This document shows positions 1 to 12,533 of a stretch of DNA of 64,000 nucleotides, piece by piece (the stretch's first letter is position 1; every line of letters starts with the position of its first letter). The DNA is from Chrysemys picta bellii (lineage: Eukaryota). Location of the stretch: assembly GCF_011386835.1 (NCBI RefSeq), contig NC_088813.1:12400001-12464000 (forward strand). The letters are read 5' to 3'. A program made the translations under genes and the position numbers. The notes under the pieces are model-generated. The model saw nothing but the letters and a program-made list of their open reading frames with translations. It ran no database searches and had not been told where the DNA came from.

Positions 1-1302
1 ACTGTTGCTGACAATGGATGTCTGCAACATAATTTTCCTAGTGGAGACAAAGCTACATAGGCTAAACAACTTGCCAGAGAACAGAGAGGGAGTCTCCAAG
101 TCAGAGCCAGAATTAGAACCCAGGAGCTCTAGGCTTCCAGTTCAGGCCACGACTCTCTAGAAAGCAGAGCCCACCATGGCTTAAATGAAATTGCTTTAAA
201 TTCCCCTGAGCAGCATCAGCCGAACAGCCAAAGCTTTGGTTTACCATTGTCTTTCACTATGATCACACCCAGAATATTACATTAGGAATGATGGGTTTCC
301 ACCATAACTCTCAGCATCACTGGGGAAGGACCAGCTGTACCTTCCAGAAACAAGCTCCCTCACCAGACCTATGTTATTTGTTTCACTAACTACAGTCCAT
401 ATCTTGACATAAAAAACAGCCACACACAGAGAATAACTCATCCCAGAGGGGCAGGTATTCCCCTCGGAGTCCATTCTGAAATCCTATTGAATGTATTCCT
501 TGTTTAAGAGTCTTTTTGTAGGACGCAAGTTAGGGGCCCAGATGTCTCCAGAGCCTATTTATCTGGTTAGGGCTTGGATATGGACCCCTTAAAAATATTG
601 CAAGCATACTCAGGAGCGCTGCTACAACTTCCCCACTGCTTGGCACATACTAAACCATTTGTGCATTCAAACACATGTAGCCCACAGAAGGGTCATCCCC
701 AGCAGGACCGCCCCCACTGCGATATCCCCCAGACCCAACTCCTCTCAGTCAGTTCCTCTTCCAAAGCCCCCTTTCCTAGAGCCTTTCCTGGCCCCCTCCC
801 CATATATTCCCTATAGCTCCCCCAGAAGTCTTCTCAGGAGCTGAACCAGCCCCCTTCTCTCAATCCCTTCTCCCCACATCCCCAGCCTGGGTCCCAGGAA
901 GGTGGACCTCCATTGATCCCCTGGGGCCCTGGAATGGGACCCCAGCCCGCCTTCTACCCTCACAGCAGCCCTTAGAGGAGAGCTCAGAAACTGTCCCTCC
1001 CCCGGATCCCTGCCCCCAATGACCCTTGGAATGCCCCCCCCCCGCAACCCTCCCTCTTCTGGATCCCTGACCCCCCTTTGCCCCGTGGCCCTTGGAAGGG
1101 CCCCCCAACCCTCCCGCCCCTGGATCCTCTGACTGGCAGTGGCCCTCGGACGGCCCCTCACTCCCCTGGGTTCGCCTCAGCTCGGGGTATTCGCGGGGGG
1201 CCCGTGCCCTGCCGCCCCGACACGCGCCGGAGGGGGCCCTGGCACTCGCAGCCCCCCAGCCCGCCTCCCGCCCACACTGCCCCCTCCCGTCGGCGCCGTT
1301 AC

Positions 1303-1374
1303 CTTCTTGGGTTCCGAACTGCCCGAGAGTCGCGACTGCAGCTTCCCCACAACTTCCAGCACCGATTCCGCCAT
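1303..1374 (-). CDS. ELOA: Elongin A, first coding exon (MAESVLEVVGKLQSRLSGSSEPKK); rest of the gene lies left of the window
   Basis: 24 codons resembling the human ELOA N-terminus ([23 protein letters not shown]), ATG in AAAATGG context, followed by donor AAG|GTAACG, inside a CpG island, and syntenic with RPL11. Confidence 0.9.
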
Positions 1375-1451
1375 TTTTACTGCTGGAGAGGCCTCCGTGG
1401 CGGAAACGGCTTCACCGCCCACCGACAACACTGAGCTTCCCCGTCCCCCGC

Positions 1452-1672
1452 CGCCATCTTCGCTCCTGGCAGGAAACGGAAACCAGACGTCTGGTCAACA
1501 GCCAGTCGCCATCCTGGGTGCTGGCAAGGAAGCTACTGCGCCGAGAGGGGTCAGCCGCCATTTTGGATACTGGCAATAAGCTTCTGTAGTGACAGGAGAC
1601 GCTGCCATCTTGGATATTGGCAAGAAGCGTCTGTGCTTAGGGGCAATCGCCATTTTGGTTGCTGGCAAGAGG
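1452..1672. repeat. Degenerate 45-55 bp tandem array of five YY1-type motifs (CGCCATYTT...CTGGCA)
   Basis: Cores at 1452, 1507, 1556, 1603 and 1648, each followed by CTGGCA/TTGGCA at fixed spacing; a sixth core overlaps the ELOA ATG. Confidence 0.75.
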
Positions 1673-2027
1673 CTTGTCTACCACCATGGGCCACTGAGAG
1701 CCAGCTACCCCCTTTCTACTGGTTTTTCAGTGGTTCCCTCTCAAACCCAACTGAGTTCACTGGGGACTATAAAGACAGGTGCCATCCCTCATACCCATAT
1801 CGACTGGGGCACCAGGAGGCCCATATCTGCACTGCTGCCCCCGTGCCATGTCAGAGACTGAGTTGCCATGGCACCGCTACATGGTGGCACCCAGGGACCC
1901 CCTTCGAGTTATTCCTGATAATGCGGTTCCCCCCCACACACACAGTCTGAGGAGAGGTGGAGACGGGGGCGTTGTGTAATGTCTCATAATGACCCCATTG
2001 CTCGGCAGGCACAGGGATCACTACACA

Positions 2028-2441
2028 CAGGCTTGGCAGACTTCAATTGTTTTCATCATTTTGACAGAGAGCGTCAATACTCATTTTTAAGCATTTTAAT
2101 TAGATTTTAATCTATTTAAATTTTCACATTTGTGGGAAATTTGGGGGGGAGGGGAAAGGAATATCAGATAGTAATTATTTCCTGACAGTCGGTGCTGAGA
2201 TTCAACAAGTTGAAACTTTATAACTGTTAAAACACAAAGTGTTAACATCGTGTGTCAAAATACACAAAGTAAAGATTCTGAACTCAAACGCTAATAAGCT
2301 CTCAAACGGCATTTTTTCTTACTTGGCCTACCTGTACATTGGAATTTTATCAACAGAAATAGTTTTTCATCGATTTGTGTGTGTATGGTGAAATTGACAT
2401 TTACCAACATTTACTGATAAAAATCTAATCCCTCTAAACCT
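2028..2441. mobile_element. Non-autonomous DNA transposon fragment (turtle MITE-like)
   Basis: Begins AGGCTTGGCAGA and ends CCTCTAAACCTA (degenerate inverted termini) with an AT-rich interior. Family assignment is from recall. Confidence 0.35.
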
Positions 2442-3327
2442 AATTACATAGATATATCAATAGCATTGGGTGCCAGTTACAGAATGATAGGTAGCCAGGA
2501 AACAATCACAGAATTAGAACTATTCAGCCCAATCCTGTCATTGTATGTATCGATGCTCAGACCCAGAATTACACATATTGGGCAGCAGGTTGTTCTAGGA
2601 TTACAGATAATACTGCTCTGGTCCAGCAATTATATTCCCAGACAAAAACCTATGCAAAGAACTAGCCAGGGTTAAGATTATATATCAATAGCTAAAGGGT
2701 AAAAATAGATTGGAATTATCGCAAAATCAAAATTTTAAAACCCATGAAATTCGGAGTTAAGGTTACCCTTAAAAAAACTCTAAACATGTTAAGGTCAGAA
2801 ATACACAGTTAAGGCATAATACACAGTTAACAAATTTAACTCAGCCTAATAATGACCCCATGAACAGTACAATTTACAATTAAGGGATTTTAAAAGCAAA
2901 TTCATTTTTTTCATATTTCCCTCATGGTATTAATAATCATTAATAAAGTATCTTAATTACACACTTAATTTCTTCAAGTACAGCCTATGCACAAGATTTC
3001 GGATAATCTTAACTATATGACAAGTTTGAAGAGTCTGCTTTATTCCATTGTTAAGATCATTCAGGACAAAGAAAAGTCTGACACAGATGTAACATTTCTT
3101 AACAAAACATATTTTAATTAATGTTAACTCTTAAACTAATAACATTACTGACTTGTAAATTCTCACAGAAATAATTCCGCACTCATAAAGTACATACTGT
3201 AAGACTGGGGAGAATACATTGTGGTTTTTATACAAAACAAGTTGATCCCTGCTTTAAGTACAAAATGGAACTCAATCTTAACAATTGAGTTGCAACCACT
3301 GAGACACAGATCCTCAATGGGAGTTAG

Positions 3328-3758
3328 TAGGGTTGCCAACCCTCCAGAATTGTCCTGGAACCTCCAGGAATTAAAGATTAATCCAGGGGTAGGCAATCTA
3401 TGGCACGGCACGTGAGCTGATTTTCAATGGCACTCACACTGCCCGGGTCCTGGCCACCGGTCCGGGGGGCTCTGCATTTTAATTTAATTTTAAAATGAAG
3501 TTTCTTAAACATTTTTAAAACCTTTTTTTACTTTACATACAACAATAATTTAGTTATCTATTATAGATTTATAGAAAGAGACCTTCTAAAAACATTAAAA
3601 TGTATTACTGGCACGCAAAACCTTAAATAAGAGTGAATAAATGAAGACTCGGCACACCACTTCTGAAAGGTTGCCGAACCCTGGATTAATCTGTAATTAA
3701 AGCTTATGTCTTGTGATGAAACCTCCAGGAATACGTCCAACCAAAATAGGCAACTCTA
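3328..3758. mobile_element. hAT-type MITE (outer element, interrupted)
   Basis: TIRs TAGGGTTGCC / GGCAACTCTA; flanks GGAGTTAG / GGAGCCAG look like a decayed 8-bp TSD. Confidence 0.6.
3384..3683. mobile_element. hAT MITE nested in the previous element
   Basis: Termini CAGGGGTAGGCAA / TTGCCGAACCCTG with a perfect 8-bp TSD GATTAATC on both sides. Confidence 0.85.
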
Positions 3759-6700
3759 GGAGCCAGGCACACCCGACTCCATAATGTATAGGTATTCATT
3801 TGCTAGTATTGTACATATCAATGTTCATTATACGTATTGAAAGAGAAGACCCTATTCTACAATGTCTCAAGTTACTTATGGCATTGTATGTGCGCTGTAC
3901 ACAGCACTCCATTTTCAGCTAACAATGTAGATTTTCTTAATGCTTTTAACAGCATCCACCCAGGCTGTATTCAAGATTTCTTACAGTTCTCAAGCTCATA
4001 ATGATGCTAAGGTCATTTCCAAGAGAATTCCAGGCCCCTTTGCCACTGTTTAGACTTTGCAGAAGAGTGTAGATTCTTTGCTGAGCTCTGCACTGGCCTA
4101 TGCAGCATTTTCAGGTATCTTATTATAAGGCAGATCCCACCAGTCTTGAAATTATTCTAATTGCCCAAGAAAGCCCTCACAATTCTAAATGTTACCTTTT
4201 TATTTAATTCACGCATCTACAAAGTAGATAAAAAAGCTACTGTTCCTATGGGACTTTTACTCTTTCTCTATTAGCTACTGCACAGCAATTTAACAAATAC
4301 TAGTACCTGAACTGCATAGTGCTGGGATGAGTACAATGAAATTGTTAAAACAACCACGTTACTTTTAGCTCCACTAAAACACAGGGAAGAAAGTAGTTGG
4401 AAAAATGGAAAATAGAAAAAAGGACACAATCTTTCAAAAACTGTGTTTTCAAGCTTCCTTTATATTGCAAACAATAACGTGAAATAAGATGGTTATAAAT
4501 GACCTCACACTGGATTTAACAACCAAGTGATGGTCCAAGTTACACAAAGCATGACCAAAAAGAAATGCATTCAGAAAGGGAAGGCTGATACTTTCTGCCT
4601 TTCAACCATCCCGGTCTTTCACCTCAAAATTCACTGCTGGCCTAGCATTGTCATGCCACTGCCGTAGCACCTATCACTGCTGCTTTGCTCTGGTTCATAT
4701 ACATTACCACAACTAAATCCACCACTACATTGTCTTAGATTGTCACCAGATTTAGAATGCCAGAAACATAGTCATAATCCAATGAGAGGAATATATTGAG
4801 GTAAATCTTTGCTCAGAAGTCGAAACACTGGGCAATGTAACATACCAATAGGTAAATACAGTTCCCGCTGCTGTAGTTGGGAGTTATGGTGGAATATAGT
4901 GAGAAAAATAATGACATTGGAGGAATAATATAAATACCCCTTAGTATGAATATTCTTGACAATAGTTGATACCATCCAATGATTAAGAGAAGGTCTGATC
5001 ATTGGAAAACGGTTCTGAAGAATCCCTGGGCACTAATTCTGTTGCTCATTTACCTCATTCATTTAAGGGGGTCAGATTCACTCCTGTGCAAAGGACAATG
5101 CCTTTGCATGTGTCCCACTTGAAGTCTCAAAACAGGGCTTAAGTAGGATTTTAGTGATACATAGGCCTCAGGCCTGAATCACGGGGCTGAATTTCAACCC
5201 AGAACTGCCTGGGCTTCAAAGGGACATTATAAACTCTAACAGATAAAACACTCATCCCTAGAGCTAAGAAAATAGCATAAAAATGGTCTGGATAATCTCT
5301 GTTTGAACCTGGAAACAAATTTCAGCCTCTTTTCCAATTTGTTTTAAGCATCCAAGCATCCAAATGTGGCTGGTGCAAACACATGTGAAAAGCAGGTTTT
5401 TAAAGAGTTGCCAAAAGCCAGTTTTAATTCGATTTGTAACCTCGCTGGCTCAGGGGCTGTCATTTTGGTCTGTGTTTGCACTGCATACAATGGCGTCCTG
5501 GCTCATGACTGGGGCTCCTAGATATTGTTATTATCAATAATAATTCATAATAATGTTAATAGTCCAAGTCACAGTTCATGTCCACCACCCTGATGCAAAC
5601 TGTGATTTGTTTATTCCGTTCCTGCTAATCTGTCTATGAGATTATTGGGCCAGATTCTCAGATGGTGCAAATCAGAGGCGCACCACTGAGGAGCCGTCCT
5701 CCTCCTTCCCCTGTCCTCAAATGGTCTCTGTCCTTGATCAGTCCCTTTTGGAGTCACCGCCACTCACTTTCACTCGGGGCAGGTGGCAGATTAGAGAACA
5801 ATCTGAACTTGTTTGGAAGCACATCCAGTTTATTTGCTACCTCTAGATTCTGGCAGCCACTGTCACGCTGAACTTGGCTGGAACTGAGCTCCCCCTCTTC
5901 CTGACTCTAGCCAGGTCTCTCAGGCCTGTGCTGAGGACAGCTGTCACCACCAGAAGGCTGCTGTAAATGCTAACGTGATAAGAACACTCAGCTGGCCTAG
6001 CAGGGTTGGGGGAGGGGTGGGTAGAATGTTTCATTTGGAAAGTTTGAGGGTCTCTCAATGTCTCTTGATGTGCAGAGCGCAGAGCCTCTGCCCTGGCCAC
6101 AGTCCCCATTGGACTAACCCGTCTTACCACCAAGGTAAGGAGCAGAGAGAACTTCGTCTGAATGGATCCGGAAAGTCAATATTTGCCCTTTCAAGTTCAA
6201 TATTTACAGAGAGATTTTCGTGTGTGGGTCATTTGAAATGTTTAATTTGATTGCAGATGGCAAAGAATAGCACAGGGAATGTGTCCCTGTGGCGGTGGTG
6301 GTGGGGTTTAAAAAGTGGGTCAAGACAATTTATTGGCATTTAAATTAAACCTGGAGTTTTGACTTCCAAATAGTTTGCCAGGAAAGTATGTTTATTTTGT
6401 AAATCACATTGTTTTGTGTTATTAGACCAGGCTGAAACACAGCTCGGTGGTATTAATACTAGTTGACAGTGACACGGGCAATTTGATCAGACAACAAGGA
6501 AAATAATCCAAACAAAATACCTAAGCGGGAGGAAGAGTATATTAACCAACTACAGGTGAATCTTTGCTGTTAACCTGGTAATGCTCTTGGTCAGCTCCTT
6601 ATACTGGTACAGAGATTAGGTTAGCAAAATTTTGAGTGGAGGGATTACTGATTTAAAAATAAAATAAAATATCCTTACTTCATTTTCTATCGGTGCCCTT

Positions 6701-9700
6701 TTAAATCTAATCAGGCCATTCAAGCTTCACGTAGCCAGGGATTAGTCTGTAAAAAAAAAATTCTTTTTAAAATAATCTCAGTAATAATCTGACCAGAAAC
6801 AGCAAAACTGTCCTGCTCTGAATTAACCGTATTTTAAAAAGGTTGCTCTTCCCTTTTGCAGTTGGACACCTGAGCAACATTAACCCAGTCTTTTAAACTG
6901 GGATTTTTCAAAGACAACGGAGTGAGGGGCCCCACCTTGCTGTAATTTAGTAGACGCTGTTGCTCAAAGTCCTTCAGGGTCCTTTGAAAATCCCAGCTTC
7001 ACTTTATCTCTGTAAAGTTTAATGTAACTCAGAAATATCCTATCAGGACACAGGTTAGGTCCTGAGAGTTTTGGACTCTGGGACGAAGGGGAAATTGACA
7101 GCCATAGCTTTTCTCAAATAACTGTTCCACTATAGCTATTCCGGAATAACTCACTGTGTGAACACTCTTATTCTGGAATAGTTATGGTGCTAAATTCACA
7201 CCCTAACTTGTTCTGGAATAACTTTGCAGTGTAGACACCAAAACAGATATGTCAATGAAACACTTTGTTAGAGATATCCTGATACATGGGAGATTAGAGA
7301 ATGACAGAAACCAGGTCAGTTCCCACAGCTGGTAAAGCACATTCTCCCTCTCATTTAAATAAAATGCAACATATATATATGAAAAATAAATCAAAACTCA
7401 ATGAAGTCAATGGAGTTGCACCAGGGATGAAATACAGGTTAATATACCAAGATATGGGGTGCAGTCATGTATGTATCTAGTTATTTATGTATTTAGCTAC
7501 TGAGACAGTCCAAAGGAGCATAATCACTGTGAGAGAGAGAGATAGCGTGCAAGCAACCAATACTCATACTACACACACAAGGGATCAGCAAGACTTCTGG
7601 GGTTCGATTTTCTAAAGATCCAGTTGGATGCTGAGCTCTTCGGAAAACCTGGGCCCACCTGTGGGAAAATCTGGCCCTTGGGAGTCCAGTGAGACCAGCT
7701 CTTCCTCCAGGAGTCTGAGTTTAAAATGAGGGTCAGGAAAATGTGCAAATATCATGCTGCTGTGGCCTGCCAGTCATCTAGGTGGGTTTGCAGTGGACGC
7801 ATAGGTCCAGGCTCCAGCCTCCGTAGGGGCCTCTTCATGCAATGCCCCCATCCTGTCATGCACTGCAGCAGTGTTGATCTAGGCCAGGCCCTTCACAGGG
7901 TTAACCTCTAGCATCCAGTTTCAAATCAATTGCATGTATTTATTTAAGTTATTGAATTTAGTATTGGTGAAGGGGGTCAGATTCACAGCCTTGGGTACTG
8001 CAGTCCTATCTACACACAGGGGAGGAATAGCACATGTGGTGACCATGCTGTCCACAGAAGGTACTCAGATACCACAGTGATGGGCATAAGACCCTAAACA
8101 GAACATAAGAGTGCAAGCTTCCTCCACTCTGACCTGGGGTGATCATCTATAGAGGTGAGACACTAATTAATTCCTTGGCCTCCTGCTGAGACTGTCAACC
8201 AGGAATCTAAACAGTGCCTTTGCTGGGGAGGGCAGTTATGATGATTTGTTAGTGCAGATAATGTGCTTGTCCCTGTATAAAAGTCAAAAGTGAAGGCAGT
8301 CCCTGCCCCAAAGAATGTACAGCATAAAAGACAGACCCAGAGATACAAAATATCCAGGAAGGATTTTTTTGAATATCGTTATTATTAAGAACTCTCACCT
8401 TAGAAATGTCTTGCATAATGGCACTTGGAATTTAGCCACTACTACGGAACAGCACCCTTAAAACCAGAAACACTCTACTAAACTCCTTTACTACAAGGAA
8501 GCTGAAATGATAGGGACAGAGCCTCAGCTGCAGTGAATCAGCATAGCTACATTTATTCCACTGGATTACACCATTTTACACCAGCTGCATGTCATAATAG
8601 CTACAGACTCCAAACTAGGTGTTAGTCATGCTGAACTTGAGACACAAAATACAAGAGGCAGGAAATTCAAGTTAACTCCAAGTGAAATCTGGATGCTCCG
8701 TCCTTTGTTTATGCAGCAGAGAGGCATACCTTCCCTGTACCATAGGAGCAAAGGTACTGATGCTGTAAGGAGCTGAGTAAAGTTGGTTAGAAAACGGACT
8801 TTTGTTCCATGGGAAATTCCAACATTTTGAAATGTGTTTTCACTGAATCAGAATGAAAAGCTGAAATGTCAACAGTTCCCCTGGAACAGAAATTCTGAAA
8901 AATTTCAATTTGGAACCATCAGAACGTTTTGTTTTGAGAAGTAAAACTGTTTTATTTAGACAAAGTTGAAACATTATAATATAATGTAACTATTATATAT
9001 ATATGATTAAATAGAATATACTGTCTATAAAATGATATAATATTAAAATTAATTTGTACTAAAAGTCAAATGAATTGAAACGATAAAGTGGAAACTAAAT
9101 GTTTTTACCTTATCGAAACATTTTGACAGTGACAAAATGAAACGAGAATATCAGCTGGGGTCAAACTCTTACTACTTAGAGGTGAATGAAAATGCTCATC
9201 ACCTTGGGACTAACCCTGAAGTCAATGGCAAAACTCCCATTTAGTTCCATGGGGGCCAGAATTTCACCCTTTGGGTTTGGACTGAAAGAAGCAGGTGAGT
9301 AGCAGAGCCCGACTGGATTCTCTATCCACATGGACACAACAGTGGAAGAAGCGCACACTACCGTTATTTCTCTGATTATAGTTTTGCAGCAGGATCACTT
9401 AAATGGCTGAACTCTTTTAAACCCAGATTTGATTAGATGTAAGCACCATGCAAATCACTTTCCTCTGTTCACCTTAAAGAGGCATACCATCCCTGCAGCC
9501 CCCCGCCCCCCTTCCCAGCATTACCACGCCAGGGATTCATGAACTAGGCACACAGCACCTTTCCCTTGCTTCCCGACTAGCCTCTACATATGTCCTAAAG
9601 GGAACATGCAGCCAGGCACAAGAACAGTCAGAAAGCTCCATCTGCCTCACATTGGTCCCCTCCTCCTGCCCCAGTGGTTGGCACAGGAGAGCAGCAGGTT

Positions 9701-11193
9701 AGGAAATGCAACAATAATACCCTGTTGCAGTTCCATGTTATCTTTCTCAGCAGAGGCTTTCACTAAACTTTTCCCTCTCTGTTTATGTGCTAAATGTGAG
9801 TCGAATCCCTAACTGTCTGGAACGATAGCATCCATCTCCCCAGTTCTAAATATAACCCAATTGCTCAACCCTCCAGAAACCTGAACTTATGTCTAAGTGG
9901 AATAAACAGCCCTGCGGTATGTGTGAGACATAGATGCTGCAGCTATTTCTGGCCTGTAACACATCTGTAACCCAAGCATATGGGTCTCTCTCTGCTCACC
10001 GAGTAGGAGCTGGACAGAAATAGCCAGGGTACTGCAGGGTCTCTAACTGGCATGCAAGTTAAATTTTGTCTGGGAACAATTCACAGGGTTTGGGTTTTGT
10101 TTGTTTGTTTTGCTTTGGCCTATATTCTAAAAATTACTTTAGTCAAGGAAATGTGTGGTAACAGGTTGGTCTTATCAAAACACTCCCTGTTATAATCTAG
10201 TCCCCCAGCCCCACTGTTTTTCTACTGTAGATGGCCAATTCATTACTACTAACGCAGAATAAAAGTGGCTTCCAAATGTTCCTTCGGTGTCCACAGGGTG
10301 TGTTTAAGGTCTATCCCAGCATTTAATTTAGAACAGGAATAAAGATCAAAATCCTCAACGCTATTTATGTCCTAAATCCCACTGAAATCAATGGGAGTTA
10401 GGTGTCTAAATATCTCGAAAGGCCTGGGCTAATGAGACTATGGACTTCTCTGCTGTAGCACCTTCTACCCAAAGCATTCACAGTGGTTTAGAAATATTTA
10501 TTAAGTTTCTCAACCCTGTGAGGTACTTAAATATTATTACCCTATTTTGTAAAGGGAGACATGGAGGAACAGGGGGATAAGGCCTTAGTTTTCAAAAGTG
10601 GCCACTGATTTTGGGTGTCCGGATGGAGACACCTTGGAAGTAATTTTCATTGGTGCTGAGGAGTCACAACTCTGCTGTGAGCTGTGGGTGCTCAGCGCCT
10701 CTCAAAATCAAGCCCAATTTGTCCAAGGCTGGGCATTCAACATTACTGGCCATTTTGACCATTTGGGCCTTGATGTTTCAAGTTAGGCTCCCAAAACCAG
10801 AGGCACTCAAAATTAGTTGAAGATGTAGGCCTAAGTGACTTGCCTTAGGTCAGGAAATCAGTGGCAGAGTTGGGAGTGGAGCCCAGGTGTCCTGACTCCC
10901 AGCCCCAGGCAGGGCCAGCCCACAACATTTTGGCACCTGAGGCGGGGAGCTCAAATGACGCCCCCACATCCCCTCACTTGGGCCAAAACTTTGAAAGGTC
11001 TCAATTCTGCCTTCTTCCTGTTCTACTCCTCTCATGGTACTGCTCTGCTACCTACACCAATAATGGAGAACTAACAACTTAAAATGCCTTGTTAAAAAAT
11101 TTTAAGTAACACTTAACTTTCAAACGCCTGAACAGCAAATGTAACTTTTCTCGTCTGCATAGTAAACACTGGCATTTTTATCTGTTTGAATAA

Positions 11194-12056
11194 TCAAAGT
11201 GGTGCTTTCTGTGCCTTCTTGGTCGCAAAGATTTGAACTGCTTCCTGAAGGTCCATAGTATGGGCCAGCTCATGCTCTATTGAGATTGTTGCAAGGCCGA
11301 CCAGCTTCTCCTGTGTCATTGTAGAGCATAGATGTGTTTTTATTAACTTCAGCTTGGAGAATCTGCGTTCTCCACTGGTAACTGTTACAGGAAGTGTTAG
11401 AAGGATGCATAGAGCAACAAAAGCATTTGGAAAGAGGGTGGTCATCTTATTTGTGCACATATATTCCAGAACAGCCTTTGGAGTTGATCCTGCTGAAATG
11501 TATCTTAAAAGAGCTTTCAGTTCATCACCTAAATCAATCGCATCAATATCGCGCATGTCATCATGTGTCAACACTGTCTCTAGTGCCCTGCATTGCTGGT
11601 GTAGGTCTTCTTCAGGTATAGTGAGGAGTTTTGGAATATCAGACAACATCCCAAATATACTGCTGTGTTCCTTGAGCCGCATAAAACTTTCTTCAACTGA
11701 CTGTATTGCACAATCTAGCACCCGGTTAAAGAATTCAACTTTTAATTGTTGTTTGGGGTCTCTTATGGGATTATCCCGTGCCTCGGAATCAAAATGTCTT
11801 CTTCTTCGGTGACTCTTGTATTCTTGAATGGGTGGGAAAATAGCTTCAGTGTGAAGTTCCTCTGCCAACTTCTGTGCACTCTTCAGAACGTTTTGAAATC
11901 CCTCATCTGACCGGTAAGACCGTAGGTATGACTTTGCTTTATCCAGTTGTTCCATTGCTCCAGATATATCAAGGTCAGCACCTTGGAGTCTCTTGCTTAC
12001 AACATTTATTTCAAACAGTATGTCATGCCACAACACTAAGACACACAGAAATTTGA
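11194..12056 (-). mobile_element. 5'-truncated hAT transposase remnant (ZMYM1-like, C-terminal dimerisation domain)
   Basis: 280-aa open frame with LLTLPVT..SGERRFSKLKLIKT.L.STMTQEKL.GLA.ISIE, the hAT dimerisation-domain signature. It stops abruptly at a Penelope fragment. Confidence 0.85.
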
Positions 12057-12152
12057 AAAAGCAACAGAGGGTCCTGTGGCACCTTTGCGACTAACAGAAG
12101 TATTGGGAGCATAAGCTTTCGTGGGTAAGAACCTCACTTCTTCAGATGCAAG
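12057..12152 (-). mobile_element. Penelope-like (Neptune-type) pLTR fragment containing a hammerhead core
   Basis: Minus strand reads GCAT CTGAAGA AGTGAGG TTCTTA CCCAC GAAA GCTT ATGC...GGTGCCACAGGACCCTCTGTTGC; homologous to copies at 29984, 48015 and 48857. Confidence 0.7.
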
Positions 12153-12533
12153 ATTCATTCAGATTCTTGTATGTAAAATAAAGTAAATGTCTAAACAAAA
12201 AAGTCAGTTTGAAATGAAACATCAAATCTTTTCATTCTGAACATGTCTAAACAATGTTTTCAATTTTTCCCCTCAATTTTTTTCATTCAATTTTTTTTGT
12301 CAAAATCTATATGATTTTGAGGAAGAAAAATTTTTCACCAAAATGGAATTTTCGGATGGAAAATTGTTCTGACAAAAATTTCTAACCAGCTCCACCCTTT
12401 GCCTACTCCTGTAGTATAGCAATTGCTTAGCGATATGTCTTACATAGCAAGACATCTACAGTACCTCTTGCTACAGTGTCTTCTAACTTTTCCTGTCTCT
12501 GTAGATCACCATCTGACGCCAACCTCCACTGAG

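Larger units (their letters stand above)
800..1720 (-). promoter_or_regulatory. CpG-island promoter and first intron of ELOA
   Basis: Very GC- and CpG-rich stretch around ELOA exon 1. Confidence 0.75.

Noticed and set aside
574-1979. Many overlapping Pro/Arg/Gly-rich ORFs around ELOA
   Set aside because: By-products of a GC-rich CpG island; only the 24-codon ELOA exon has homology and a splice donor.
3960-5013. Exon-like open frames on the minus strand (e.g. 4772-5002; a frame with AWNSLGN near 4000-4110)
   Set aside because: No recognisable family, weak splice context and no way to join them into a gene; would need tblastx conservation to revive.
9846-9855. MEF2-consensus site CTAAATATAA as a possible muscle promoter for the KLHL gene
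   Set aside because: A single AT-rich 10-mer is expected by chance, and the non-coding first exon could not be located.
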